Assembly: GCA_040954595.2 (NCBI GenBank)
Contig: CM082577.2
Coordinates: forward strand, 9,573,846-9,637,845
From: Balanoglossus misakiensis
Lineage: Eukaryota; Animalia; Hemichordata
DNA length: 64,000 nt
Direction: 5' to 3'
In this document: positions 35,050 to 49,988 of the stretch, in pieces
Layout: each line of letters begins with the position of its first letter
Numbering within the stretch: the stretch's first letter is position 1
Notes under the pieces: model-generated
The model's input: the letters and a program-made list of their open reading frames with translations, nothing else
What the model was told of the DNA's origin: nothing
Databases searched by the model: none
Program-made: the position numbers and the translations under genes

Positions 35050-38000
35050 TTGAAAGAGATGGATGGTGCTGCGCATCTTTGATGGAGCGCACCTTTTTAG
35101 TAAATTAGTGAACTGGGAAACGTTAAGCGTGAAAGCGGTCACTTTAGGTCACGGAGAACATTTATGACCGTTTCAAGGAAGCGAAAGTTCCCTGTTTATG
35201 ACATCTAAATGGAAGGGCACCTTAGTATAAGAGTGTCTGTACTGGAAAACGGAAAACATTATATTGGTGTGTGAAACGCGAGAAGACACCGGCGCGCGGG
35301 CATGCTGTTCAGCGACACAATTTTCAAGATTGGATCAATGTATATTAATAGTGTCGCTTGTACATACCATGTGAAATTTATCTGATGAAGTTCTCAACAG
35401 CTGAGGGCATCTTTCCCAAATGAAATTGTATTCTTTAAAAAAATGTCGTGCATATGTTTTAAATTTATGAGCGCGGTCAAGCGCAACGCGAGATCTATAT
35501 ATGACGCACCTCTTTACACAGCACACATAATCAGATATGCTTGATGAATTGGAGAAGCCAAGCGTCGATTCCCGAGGACAAATCAATACAGACCGATTAG
35601 TGGACGCGTGCCATTAAAAAGCGTTATAATTGAATGATTTCCATTCGAGGTGTTCACTAGAGTTTTCCCGTCAAATGAACTGAACAAGAGATGTAATTAT
35701 GAATTATAGACTGACGGTTAAATTCCATTATTTTCGTCTCACGTGACGTGATTGTTAGAAACATTTACAATTATCTCCGCTCTGTGCATAGTTTAGAAAT
35801 GTGTATTTCGTCTTTGTTTTCACTCACAAAGGATATAACGATGGAATTTTATTTATATTTCACTGTAACTCCGCTGTATATAACTACTCGTCTGTGAGAT
35901 GTGATTTTTTAAAGCCTAGAGGTATAAATATATAAAAGTACTAGTATTCGATTATTTTCTCTAATGGGTTAGCAAACACAGCCTGAATTTCAATTTGTAG
36001 CATGGCGAACATACGCCTCTGTGAGTGTACCTGACAATGATCGCGATGGTGATGATGATGTGGACTGTGTTGAAGGGCTGGTGGATGTGACTGGCGTGGA
36101 TAATCACTGCCTTCCCTGAGTCTGTACTTCGCCTCGCCGGTTTAATGACGTCACAAACGGCACGCCGAGAGAGGCTCGTCTCTGTGGGAGAATTTCATTC
36201 ATTCAAACACGCAGACGAATTTTCTCCTTTTCACTGAACTAAAGAATATTACCACAAAGGGTCATTTCTGAATCGACGGAGGAGAAAAGACGAACCTTCA
36301 GATTTCCAACTATTCTGTGATAGAATATCTAGACTAATGTATAGAGTCCTTTTCTGTAATATACCTTCTGAAATGTGATGCTTTGTTATAAAGATTTATT
36401 TCGAAATCACAGATGGAGTAGAGTCACCAAAAGGAGGAAGATAATTACAGATTCTTGCCATCATTTTTACATGTTTTATAGGAAATGTATGCTATAGGAA
36501 AATCAGTCATTTATCTGCTATATGCAGTGACAATACAGATAAATTTTGGTTGCTTTTCGCCTTTTCATTTATTGTCATTAGGAAAAGGTTGCGAGTCTAC
36601 TGTAATGAACAAAAATACAATGGCAAATCACGATGTATTTTTCCTTCTATTTATTGATACATTGCTCATGAATCAATGTAGGTATTTCCCGAGTGGAGAG
36701 ATATTTTAGATATAAAATCAATAAAAAGCAATACTGAAGATGTATAGATGGAAAGATAAACCACTGAACACTCTGTCTCATCAAACACAGAAAGAGATCA
36801 CTCTCTTCAAACACGGAAAGATCAGTTCCCGGGTATTTAAGGAAATAACTCTGCCCCCCCCCCCAATCACCGATGGATCAGGTAACCATGGCAACCGGAT
36901 GGAGCGATGGCAGTCGCGAAGATTGACAGGGGCACTGGGAGAGGTGCCTGTTTTTTTATTTGGAATCCGACTCGACGTCTCCAGCAGCCAGCGGAGAGGG
37001 AAATGAAATCCCCCTTTCTCTCCCTCTTGTTAAGGTTTATACACTGAAAGGTGAATTTAATTTTATCCGCTGCAGGCTACGCGGTACGTGTCCTCCAGTG
37101 CCAATTTCCCGTTCTCCTTTTCCAATGAACTGCCGCGGCTTCCTGGGTCTGTTATTCATTCCCGCCTTTTATTTTTTCCTGTTCCCCGTGAGAGTCGCCG
37201 ATTTTTTTAATTTGATAAAGGTGAAACAATTAAAAACATTTTCCCCCGGTTGATCGATCCGTCCCTTTTATAAGACGGTAATTTGAGTATGTTGATCATT
37301 TTTAACGCAAGTGACACCTTTTAGACGACTGGCATTTGAAACGGTGAGTGGCGCGCGTAAATTACGATAAGGCATATCCTGAGTGTGCATTATATAGTCA
37401 ATAATCCAGTAGTCCCAAATTTCGCATAAATAAAAACGAAAGAAATAATCGCTACCCATACATAAGAGGCACATTCATTATCAATAGCCAGGCACCTGTG
37501 ATTTTTAGTTTGATATATTTTTTTCTCGGATTGTCATACATGCACCAGGCATCAGCTTGCATTAGTTACCTGTCTGCAGTTACAAATTATTACACCGCGC
37601 AAGCCTCGTTTATCTGCGACCGCGTCATCCTTCAATGACGCCATTTATAACTCGACTGGCGTTTCCACCGATTTCTCTGCATTTTTTTCCACTTCAGTGA
37701 CTGAAATTCTATTGAACATAATGACCTGTGCACCATTGTCCTTCAGAACGACTGAATGACAGAATATCACTGATTTCAATGGATTTATGTTCCAGTTGAA
37801 ATATTTACTAACCAGAGAGACAAAACATGTGGAAGACGAGGAGGAAAATAACATTTCTATCCAGAAAAATAGCATTGAGATTTTTTTACTACGGAGAATT
37901 CTACATCGCATCTGCGCAGTTTCGATTTTTTTTATCAAAATAGCAAACTTAACGGTCTCTCGTCTGTGACCTGAAAGGGTCGTTGGTGTTCAATAGATTT

Positions 38001-41000
38001 TCTCCAGCTCTGTACGTATTTCATTAAGAAAACATGCGCAGTGAATCGGCTACAGAACCGTCTTTGTCGCTGATCAATGCACCCAACTCTAGCATTGAAA
38101 AAATTTAACAATTAGAAACAGCGGCTTATTTGTAGAGCGTTTGTCACTCAATAAACAGTACAAGTCCCCGCGGATTAATTACGTTTGCTTTTCCTGAATA
38201 CTGAACAGTTTGTGAACCAGAGGGCCCAAGAATATCTGTTATCGCCTTCTCAGCTGCAGTGAGTTACAGCTTGGACACCGGCGGAATATTATTTTGCTTG
38301 AGTAAAAAAATAACAAAATTTACAAAAAATGGTTGATTTTGTGACTTTCGGTATATTCTAGCTGAAAACATATTTCATGAATGATTAATTTTGGCATCAG
38401 ATGTATTTTTCGGAAAATAATAAGATTCTCAAAAAATATTTGATTTTTTGTAATTTCTGTTGTAGCAAGTGTACGGGTATAGATAGAGTACAAGACAAAT
38501 TAGTTCACACAGTTGAATTTCCTTTAAATTAATTGATGTATTATATCCGAGATATTTTACATAATTCAGTAACTTATTCAGACAGACAGTTTGGTAGAAA
38601 AAACAGAAAGCGTGCGTAGTATAAAATGAAGGTAAAGACAGCGATGTCAAACTGAGATACAGAATGCTATTAGAATTCTTGTATAGTTGGGGGCAATTCT
38701 TCAAGAGAGACTTCAAGTCGCTTTTTCTCTCAATGCAGGAATGCGATCACCACAATAGGAATTCTATTACTAGTGCTTAGGTCTTGTTAAACAGGATTTC
38801 TGCAGTGTAGCCGAATCCGACTGAAATGTCTGTAATTTCATCGGATATTCAAACATATAAATTTAGACGGGTGGAGTCACACGTTTGTTTGACATAACAC
38901 GCTGTATAACCGCTGGGGTGGTTGCCGTGATACTCATGTTTAACAGTGTTGGTATGCGTGGTGTCGAGTCGCCAACGTAATATGACATATCGACAGTGGT
39001 TCATATTCGTAGACATTTCCAAATTTCTTTCAGGTCAAAATTAACACAGACGGGTTTATTTGAACTTGAATGTTCCCTTCACCATATTGTGTTTACAGTT
39101 ACTCTGCAGAGAGAACAGACACGGCCATTCAGTGCTGACTGACGTTTCATCATTCGTGCTGTCAGTGGGTTCTCACTATCACTCAAATAGATATCTCAGT
39201 CAAGGACAAGTCTCTTTGTCGTCGGCAACCATGAATGATGAAAAGATGGGGTTTTAGAGAAAACATGTACAGCTGAACTAATAGCCGAACGTCTCTATTT
39301 TTGTAACCCAGTTAAATAAAAATAGCCCTGGTGTATGTCTGAGTGAAACGTTGTACGCACGAACACAACGTTTTAACGCATACATGTATGTGGTGTGTTC
39401 TTTAGTTCTGTCGTCTATAGGGCTGTCGTTTGGAGAAATGTGTGAGGTTGGTGGCGAGTAAACGATAAATTCTTGGAGGGCAAGGTCAGTTTGGTTGACG
39501 AGAAATAAAAAAATAAGCACCCTATTAAATATGAGTATACTGCCACCAATAGGAATACTTTCGTCAATGTTAAAAACAGTAAGTGCGCGATTGAATTACA
39601 TATTATAGGTGATAAATTCAAATTTGACGTGTCGGCTGTTACTTTCATTTTTGTTGTAAAATTCTACAGCTTCCCCCGGCCCCATCGTATTCTGCGGTGA
39701 AATGTAGGTTCTCCTAGAGACATGTATTAAACAATGTTTTAAAAGCACTTCACGAGAGCTCTCAAGTGTGAGGAGATCTGTCTGACCTTTGACCTCCACG
39801 TTGAGTGCCTGATTCCGCTGGGTGATGAGAATAACTGTCAATGATTAGATTCGAAAATAGCCGTGATTAACATACCTTCTAGATGATTTGGTTCCCTCGG
39901 CGGAATTTCTGACATTTCGATCATCAACATTTTATGTCAAAAATAATTTCATATTTAGTGGGCAGTCGTCGATCGTTGTTTTTTTTCTTGTTTCTTTTTT
40001 TTGGGGGGGGGGGGCTTACAGTTATCTCAGTGCATTATCTTAATAAAAATTTAATGTAGGAATCTGGAATTAATACTGTTACAGATTAAGGCATTTATAT
40101 TTGGCCCGAAGTATTTTGGAAGACGCGTTGGGCGTAGGATTAGTGAAGTGACGCTGACAGCTTCAGAATTTGATTTTAATAAATAAACGCATAGAAAGCG
40201 AAGTTTTAAGGTCCTCTTTTAGTAAACAGCCAATCAGGCGTTTTGTTCACATACAGGAACGTGCTCCTTTGTTTGGTTTGTGTTACATAGATGAAAGATA
40301 TGATCATGCATGCTGTATGGTGCCATGGACAATTTAACACACATTTGAAGATAACGCCTACTTCAGGCAGATTCAGTCCAATTTTGTCTCCACTTCTCTG
40401 AACATTCATATTTTTAAATTACACATTCGAGCAGGCTTAATGAGCCCTGAGAAATACAGTATTGATCCTTTCGATAATTGACACGCTAGCTTCACACAAG
40501 TTCACCATGCCCTTGGTAAAAAAAATATATGCACGGAGAAGTCTCGTGGTCTCGTGATCGCGGACCGTGGCAGAACCTAGTATATGCGTGTGATGTGTAC
40601 GGATGCATTTCAATAAAAAGCAATCTGCAGAGTGCATTCCACTGTGCCTTGCTCAAGTAAAATTAAGCAAAAGGACAGAAATCCAAAATGTAATAAATTT
40701 GTGATATCGAAAAAGGGGCGAACGCAACTATAAGTTAAAAATATATATTTGAGACATCATTAGAAATCGATATTCCAACAATTTAATACATTATTTCAAA
40801 ATACGATCTAATGGAAATAAGAGTTATTTTTCCATTGGAAAAATAATGCAATGGATAGCACTTACTGTCGGACGGAGCTAGGGGTGAATGAATTTCACGT
40901 TTGAAGAGTCGGCATTATTTATAAGGAGAAAATCAATCAATGCATCCACAAGAGGGCGCACACACCCGAAACAGAAAAGACAATTATGCAGATATCAGTA

Positions 41001-42351
41001 CGTGGGAGCTAAGATCAATATATAAGGCTTACTCTTCTGTTTGTGATATGGACAAATTTTATCGGGTTCACGAAAAAATGAAAGCCAAGGAGAAAACGAC
41101 AGGCTGGAAATTTGGGGCCAAATTTGACAAATTGAGAAAAGTTATTTTATGGTAGACCTAACTCTTGCAATAAAGTACCTGGTGAAAAACGTGACCGACC
41201 ATGAACAAACATCTCTTTTAATACGTTGGAATGTTAAACTGTTAATGATATGAGTCATATTAAGCATATCGGTCGGTTTATTTCTAACTTTTCTCCCGAA
41301 ACTTAAAACGGTTATAACTCGGTTTCGCTTGTGGGCCGGATCATCTCAAAATTTCAGACTGGTGATACATGTAGTAACACATCGTACAACAAAACGGGGA
41401 TTTTGTTTGTTGGTAATAGAACAATGTCAATGTGCTTTTTATCAAAAACATGTTATCATATTTTTTAAACACCGAACCAAGAACAAGATACACATAATAG
41501 TAAATACAATATTCGTTTTTTTACGTGATCGTAAGTTCCTGTTTCGAATGAAATGTTAACTTTAAAAGTGCGACACAGCCACTCTTGAAATAAAATTCCT
41601 TTGATAAAGAAAACCCTAAACATATTTAATCGATCATCATTACATATCGAAAGGAAGTTTGAAAGTCTTCGAAATTCTTAAAACAAATGTACCACTTCAA
41701 ATTTGACATTGGTGGCGCTATGCCTCACTATACTTTTTTCTCTCTCGTTTAAAACAAACGGATAGTTCAGTCCGAACACTTGAAGTGCTATGACCGATCA
41801 CATCGCCATATCCTGCACGCTGTGTTTACTGACATGTCACAAGATACTTGTACCCCCGGCTTGTACCTTTCTACGGGAACTCTGTGTTATCTTTGGAACA
41901 GGTTCGTTTTAGTAACAATCTGTAACAGAAACCCACTTTTTTAAAAATTCCGTTCACTGTTCGCCAAGAGTTTCATCATTACATTTACAAGAGGCTGTAA
42001 AGTTGCCAGGATCGAAATTGTGCATATTCTCTGTCAACCTGTAAACTAGACTGTATTATTTCATCGCTAATACCTGATTTTACTGTTGGATTGTTCATTG
42101 TAAGTTGTCTTCCGTCGTTTTCTTTGCATTAAAACACGAAAACCTTCTATAATTCATCATTTGCTTGAAAATGTGTCATCATGTATCTGGATAATGGTGA
42201 GGGCGCTGTCCAACAGGGGAAACACCGGAAGTTGGGGGATGTCCCTGACGTGTGGGCTGAAATCTACATTTATAGAATGACAGACGAACCTCTATGAGTG
42301 AGTGGAGTCTCAGTGAGTAATACTCTCACACAGCGTTCATTCAGTATCAAC

Positions 42352-42555
42352 ATGGCGGCTGCTGCGAGATCGCGAGGCAGGACCGGGGTTTCGTGCGGCC
42401 GGTACCGCTTCATCGTGTACCTCGCCGTCGTGGTGATGCTCATGCAGTTGTTGGTGGCCTGGAGCTTCTTCGGCATGGAGACCGGCGGCGACGGGGGGAA
42501 GGAGGCGACGAAGCGGCGCAGCTCCGGGTCGAGTGTCGACGACGAAGTTCTTAAG
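42352..42555 (+). CDS. XYLT: Probable xylosyltransferase (XYLT1/2-like), exon 1, type II signal anchor
   Basis: MAAAARSRGR...GRYRFIVYLAVVVMLMQLLVAWSFFGME resembles XYLT2 [28 protein letters not shown]. Strong Kozak context, donor AAG|gtaggg, CpG-rich promoter with CCGGAAG. The catalytic exons are not in the window. Confidence 0.7.
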
Positions 42556-45500
42556 GTAGGGATCGGTGGGTAGTACTTGTGTGTACGCTTGCAAGTTTTC
42601 CGGTCGTAAACTTGTAGGCACCCAAGTGCTACCATCACTGTAGTTGGATAGGCATTTTTGTTGATTTTGTACCTTTCGCAGAGTAAGACTAAGAGACGGA
42701 TGTTAGGAAGAGCGCCACGTTCACAACTTGGCTGCATGATCAGGACAGCGCGGAACTTGCCAGGGCACCACTGCACGATGATCCTACACGCGTAATACGT
42801 GTACACAAGCCAAGGTTACGTAAATACACACCATAAGTACCAAGTACATTCATGCTACTAGTATTTAGTGGGGTTTCAACCATGTGTTACTTGTCCAACT
42901 TCATCTTGCATGTCTCTCAATGTCTGCGCCCGCGCCCTGTTCGTATACGCGTAGTAGAAAGTGACGTTTGCGTATCGGATGTCCATGTACGCGGTTTTAC
43001 AAATATAAAAAAGTAAACCAAAGGGAGTCACGGCGTTTGGGAGTAGAAGCAAAATATGACTGGGACATGGGGAAGGGAGAATGTGTGTATTATACATTAT
43101 GTATCAATGTACTGTAGTATCGGGTAGTAACGCCCTGCCCCGCCCACCACACAAACACACACATGCAGTGATGTACACCCTGACTATCCAGTAAGAATAT
43201 ACGCCCCCCCCCACACACACACATACATGTAGTGATGTACATCAGAATATGATGTACCGTTCCTGCAGGTGGCTATTTCATGCATCTCAAACTTAACATT
43301 TGGGAAAGTTTACAAACTGTCAGCCTGTGCTTTGTTGCTATGGTAACAAGTCAAACGCATCTTGGATTGGTGGAGTCATCAAACTTGACTTGAAGAACAG
43401 TTATTTGAGATGTCAGTTTTAACAGGTGCATTAAAAGAAAAGAACATTCAGAGAGAAAGTGGGTGGTGACTCTATAATAGTGTTCGTAAGTTACTGCGTA
43501 TATGGTGCGTGGGTCCCCACACGTGGTTCCGATTATGGTGGTCGCAACCAGTCTAGATTTTCTGATTTATACAGCCCAGTCTCAGTGCAGCTGTGTCCTC
43601 TTCCAAGCGGGGCATCGCTTGTTATTCCCTCCGACTCGGTGGCCGGGGTCATACTTGTTGACAGCTTGGCAGCACCCTTGTTTTTCCGAACGCTTAAATT
43701 CAAATCATAAAACTTTCGGCCGTTAAAGAGAGGCAGATTTCAAGTTTATTTGATGACATCATAAAGAGATCGGTTGGACTTAAACTGATGATCGCGGCGA
43801 TAAATAACCCCCTTTCTCAAAGAGCGTCGCGGGCTTGCTGCGATTTTTATCAGCCTTTTCGTGACTTTCTCCACGTATTTGTTTTGACTTTCGCCACGGT
43901 TTCTTAGAAGTTGCAGCAACCGACAAGTTTTGTGGCAGGCAGAAATTCCGTACTCCTGCTATCTACACTACTTTGAGGAAAAATAGTTGTACAGTACGGC
44001 ATCAACTGGAAATCCAGTGTTTCAAGCTCCCAGCCCTCCCCCTGAGGGATGGGATCAAGACTTGGCTAAGGAGGTCAAAGGTCATCTCGCAGGGTTGAAC
44101 AGGCCCAGAAATAAGATGAGATCTGGTCTCGACGCTCCCTGATATTAATGGCAGAATGGTTCTAGGAAAACACTGTTCAGACACAATGCTCATTGTGCAT
44201 GTATTGTAAAAAGTCTAAGTTTGGACTTAAAAATATAGTTATTGATAGCGAAGGGTTGGAAAGAAAACAGAATACAAACACAATATCACACCACCCTGGA
44301 TGTCAATTTGAGGATTTTCAATCCCATAAGACTACAACATAAAAAAAAAAACAGAATTCCTATTTACATTGCAATTTTCAGCTTTCACCTTCTGTACTTA
44401 AACTCACCTGAATATCATAAATACACTATTCCCTCGATGTTTGTTTTAAAGTTCTTCCATAACAAGTGAAGCATTGCGTGATATTTCAAGTGAAAAATTA
44501 ACGAAAAGTAGAATTGAATTGCACATCTTAAAATAAACATATCTGTTGCTGTATTGGTTTATTGGTTTATAAATAATTAAAAAACAGAAAATGTGCTGGA
44601 TGGTTTGACCTGACAGGTGTCACCAACCTGATAGTCAGTCACCCGTGGTCTTTTTCTAAAAAAGTGTAAATTTCAATTTGTTTTCTGTAAATTGACCGAG
44701 TTGGAAAGTCAAGCATTACAAATAATTAGGTCCATTGATTGATCATTAAAATTAAATTAAATTTAATGACATGTTTAAATTGATAACACTTCAAAGAAGA
44801 ATTATGTATTACGTTCATTAATGTTTCATTAGTGAATTAGTGTTAAGGCACCATTGTGGCCTGTGGTTTGGTTACCACTGGTCACAAAATCTAAACATAG
44901 GTTTGGCCCCAATACATTTACACTGAAGTAAGGCCGTGTATTAAAGTACTGTAATATAACAATGTGACAGATGTAAAAAGAGCTTTTTAAAAGTGCTGCC
45001 ATATTGTTTTATGCACGCTCTGTATTTATAACAAATAAATAAAATGTGCCATATTTATTTTACAATTTCTAATTCAACTTAACATATGTACTCCATGTCA
45101 CATTTCCTTCTCAGCCACCATCCAAAGCCTGAATATTGGAACTCATTATAATTGTATAATTGCTATTTAAATTATAAAATACTGTATCAGAAATTAATGG
45201 GAAGGATCATCCAAATGTAAATATTGTACATTTTCTACAGGTCAAAGACATTTTCAGACTGCATTTTTTTCTTCAAAGATATCAAACGGTTGGATGTTGA
45301 GGTTGTGCGTCACACAACTGGCAAATGTCAGTAAACCCTGATAAACAATGTTGAGAATGATGGCGATAAAACTGAACTCGTACATAAACAAAGTTTTGAC
45401 ACTTCAGTTTGAGAATTTTGTGAAAATTTGTAAGATTTTAATGATGTGAGCAGTCAGTATTGTCCGTTTTTTGTTGTAGTGGGCAATGTGACAGGTTGTG

Positions 45501-48500
45501 TGGGAGGTTGGGATTTGCAGCTTCAAAAATAATTTGCAGCATCATATGTCATGCAACTCAGGGAAGCGAATATTATCTCTGTGTGTAGGTCATATCCTGG
45601 ATATGCAATTATTTTTTTTTCGGGGGGGGGGGGGGGTGACGACCATGTGATTACAGGCCTGTCCGCCGTTTATGGATTTTCATTAACTTGGTGCGCCAGA
45701 TATTTTTGTCAAGATACCAGTGGGGTTTTCAGATGCCATACTAGCAGGGAGGCATACTTTCCTGTCTGTCTACAAAACAGAAAGACTGTTTTCTCGAAGC
45801 TCGTCTACAAAACAGAGAGACTTTGTTTACTCAAAACTCATAGCATGGTTGAACTTTTATTTTTTGTGTTTAATTCAAAACTTCTGTAACTCTCCTCAAT
45901 TTTGGCTTTGGTTCCAATGACTATTCACTGCAATAACTTAAGAGAAAATCTGATCTCATGATTCCAAAGTTGACTTTTTCATCTGTGAAATGAAATGAAG
46001 TGAACCATAGAAATCAACGTTAATGTTATGCCCGTCAACTTTACTGACCCCGTGTTTGGTATATCAGTTTAAGACGGCTGACAGATGTTTGGTCCAATTT
46101 CTGAACACAAACCGGCCGGTTGAAAGACAGGCATCACTGGCAATGTCAACTTGAGTCGATCGATGACCCCTCTACACTATCACCCACACTGACCTGAAAA
46201 CTGCGTGTATCAGGAAGGGGGTGCTAATTACAGCAATGATGAATTTGAAAAAGGAAGGATGAGTGATAGTTTGAACATCCTGGTGGACATACTAGTAATT
46301 TTTTCCCTGAGTAGTCAGCATTTTTACTCACAAAGTTTAATCTGACTTTACATTGTAAGAAAATGTTATCATTATAAACCATGGATGTGAATTTTTGTAT
46401 GCAATCATCGTAACTGCGTAATACATGAAATAATGCAGCTGGTTTCTTGAAAAGGAAGAGAGGGGTTGTCTATCTATTTGTTTGACGCAGAACATATAAT
46501 ACATCTTGGATGTGTACATGTACATGTACAGTAAATTGCGTACAGTACAAATCCTCCAATCACAAGGCCTTGACCACTTGCAACCATTTTCGATCAGGAA
46601 AGGGTCAACCACATCAACAAACAATAGCTTGTTGAATATTTAAATGAAAGTGTCAGGAAATCCTGTTCCTGCGGGCGATGATAACGGATTAATAATTTAA
46701 TTTCTTTGCGGCAAATCCTGTATGTTGGTTTTCTCGTGTTTCTAGAATAGGGTCTAGAGTGTTATTAAACTGAGTGTGTGTTTATCAGAGCAGAGAGCCT
46801 GGATGCGGTGGTGGGCTGGGCTTGTTGTTGTGGTTGGGGGCCTTGGTGACTGTAACATTATCGCACCAGTCTATGTGATCTTGTGTCAGCAGGGATGAAT
46901 TTTGAAACTTTTAATAGGGTCTGTGGTTGCCCTGTCTTCCAGAAGTCCCAGAAAGATCGAGATGCATATTTTCACTTGAAATATAAAGGGTTGTGTAATT
47001 TCATCATGTACTTTCATTCAATTTAAAGAAGATATTTTCTGGACCTTGTGATCTCAGATGGCCAATGGTGTGAAAGCAAAAAGTTGCATTTAGGAAAATC
47101 ACACAATATAATTTTTTGGAAATTGTTGTGATATACCGGTAGTCTCTCACTCACCAGATGTTTGCGTGTATATCAGGCTCACTTTTGAATGGCAGAGCAG
47201 CCACAGGTGACCTTGCTGGGGGAATACACAGAATTCTTGACACAGAGGGTAAGCTAAGACTAGCGACTGACTACTGTGGCAATTACACTAATCACTTGTG
47301 AATCCCTGCTTGGAATCGGTGTTTGGCTCTTGTCAGTTAGAAAGTACTTTGGTAGACAACTCCCTTTCCAGAAAACTGTTTCACAAGTATTATTATATCA
47401 TCTGAAATAACACTCTGGTACTACTGCACATTTGTGAACTACTGAAAACTCAGGAATAATTATGTGGTGTTTTTTTTTAAAAAGACAGCAGCAACTGTTA
47501 CAATTCCAGTGGCAGTATCTCCTCACAACTGAGAATAAGAGGAGTAATATTTATGCTCTCTCTTCCCCTCCCAACCTTTTTAGTGATGTGTACCTTAACT
47601 AACTAACTGTCTGTGCCTCAGAGCCTTTTCACAGGGTTGTAACACCCACCACCTCACATCTGACATTTCCACTGACTGCTTTCAGTACAGTATAGATAAA
47701 ATTCCACGTTTTGGAATCTGCCACCCACTTCAAAAGTCAGCAACATCAAACCTCCAGTGTAATAATCTAGACTTTGGGGATTACAACACTCTTAATTTAA
47801 AAAAAATGAGATTCAATGCACACCGGAGGTATCAATATAATTAATGCACCCACACTGACCACACTGACATATTTTTCTGTATTTTTAAAAGTCAACCACT
47901 GATGGACAAAAGTCAAGCGCTGCAGTGTGTTTTATGATGTATAGGGTAACCTCCCAGATAAAAGAAGATTAGTTCGTACCCTGTACAGGAAAAAAACACA
48001 TAATGTCCGTGAACACGATGGTTTTGTACTGGAGTGATTACATGTATTTACAGTCCAATAATCGTTTTCTCCTTCATTTGTGATCGTGTCGAGTTCTGCC
48101 ATAATGCGTCATCAGTGTGATATCATGTGCAGATATCCACAACAGATTCAAAGCAGGAAAAGTCACGTCACTTCTCACGTGTTAAGAATCTGAGAAGACC
48201 GTGAGCTACAGAGATGACGTCTTGTTGTCGAAATGGGCCGAATAATGTTTATTAGCGTCTGCAAGCAGGTTTTTTTCCCGGATAATCCCCTCAAATGTAG
48301 ACTATACACTTCAAAAGATAAACGTCATCCAGGCAAGGGCAAGGTTGGTATTTGTTTACGTAAAGTTGACTTCTGTAAAATTCAGTCACGTAAACAAATA
48401 TTGCATGCTGCCTCAGTTTTTCCTGGAGCGCTGGGGCTGTGGCCTGAAATGCCTCGCACAGTTGGACAGAACTTGTCGTCTGGGAATGTGGGGGCATAAG

Positions 48501-49934
48501 TAACTGTCTGTTTTGGTAAAGCCATAGACCAAGAAATAATGCATCAAAATTGCAAATGTGGTCCATTTATTGAAACTAGTAGTATACATGTATCTACAAG
48601 CCAAGCACAATTTTCAACATGCATTTAATTAAGTATAACAAGAAATTCTAGTTAGGGCACGTAATAATTCCAAAATTGGTGATCGACAGTTATGTTTGAG
48701 CAGGTACAGTGAGAACTAAACGCGTTTACAACAAGGCAGTTCGTTTCTGTCATTTGAGCTGCATGTATCCTGTATGTACATGCAACAGTCTACATGTATT
48801 TCCAGCAGGGTGCTAGAGTCTCTGAAGGGAACTAAACTACGGAGTGATGAAAGTGAGTGGGGCAAGTACATACAATTGTAGGAACCTTGTATCTTCCATG
48901 GGTCCACTTCCTGTAGGAGCTATCGTGTAAGCGATATCACAAATGCGATACAAATTTCGTCGGTTGAAAAACACGCTAATTTATTGGGATAAAGGCAAAC
49001 AAGGCAAATTGCTATCAGAATTTCAATCCCGTCACGGTCCGCTGAAAAATAATGAGTTCGTTTTTAGAATATGTGTCAGAAACCTGTGGATATATGAAAA
49101 ATAATCCAGAAGTGTTTACGATCAAGGCGCGATAAAAAATTGTAATTGGCCCGAAATGTGGGAGGATAAATGAAACTGTCATATTTGATATCGTTTGATT
49201 GATTGTATCAAATTACAGGAGTGAAGATGAAGATACTGGATTGCTCTGTTGTGGGTATGAACTCTGACCTCTTCTGTAAGTGGATGAATTGATGATGTCC
49301 CAAATTGCTACATAGCAAACTCAGGATGACCTGTTTAGCCATAACTTCATGTGTTAATTGTAAGAATAAAGGTGAATCAACACACACATTTGGTCCAGTC
49401 TTCAAGCCGATCTGAACCCATCTAAAGCTCTCTACACCTTTAACTACCGGTATAGAGTCAGTGTGATGCAGACAATGCAACAACACTGAGAGCATATAAA
49501 ATTTTAATGTGATCAAAAATTAAAGTGTGAATTAAAAAATAAGGCTGTTCACTGAGAATATTGCCACGTGTACTTGACCTGGGCCAGCAGAGCAGGCAAT
49601 TCATTTTCAATTTTCTTTAAATATTTATAAGTTGTTTTTGATGTAGTGTTAGGAATTTGCAAGTATAATGACATACTATATCTAATATTGATTAATTCAA
49701 ATTGTGTTATTTTTTATTTCCCTAATAACAAAATTAGCCCAATAATAGGCCAACAGTCAGTTGAAGACAATGTATAATTTACGATGAGAAGTTGATGCCA
49801 GCAATAAAATATTAATTGGCTAATCAAGTAGCCCTACTTAATATAATTATGAAATTATGATCTTGGTGATTAGCAGAGTGTGTAGGCAGGCAGCTGATGG
49901 AATGAGCCTGAGTCACTCTAAGTCAATGTTTATT

Positions 49935-49988
49935 TAGCCTAGTCCTAGCCGTATTTTGTCGCTTTGCTTCCAAACTAGGACTAGGCTA
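49935..49988. mobile_element. 54-bp TAG...CTA mini-element with 14-bp TIRs and 9-bp TSD
   Basis: tagcctagtcctag...ctaggactaggcta, flanked by atgtttatt at 49926-49934 and 49989-49997. Confidence 0.85.

Noticed and set aside
36001-36185. Possible micro-exon (plus strand) or open exon (minus strand) with splice-like signals
   Set aside because: No partner exons or homology recognised.
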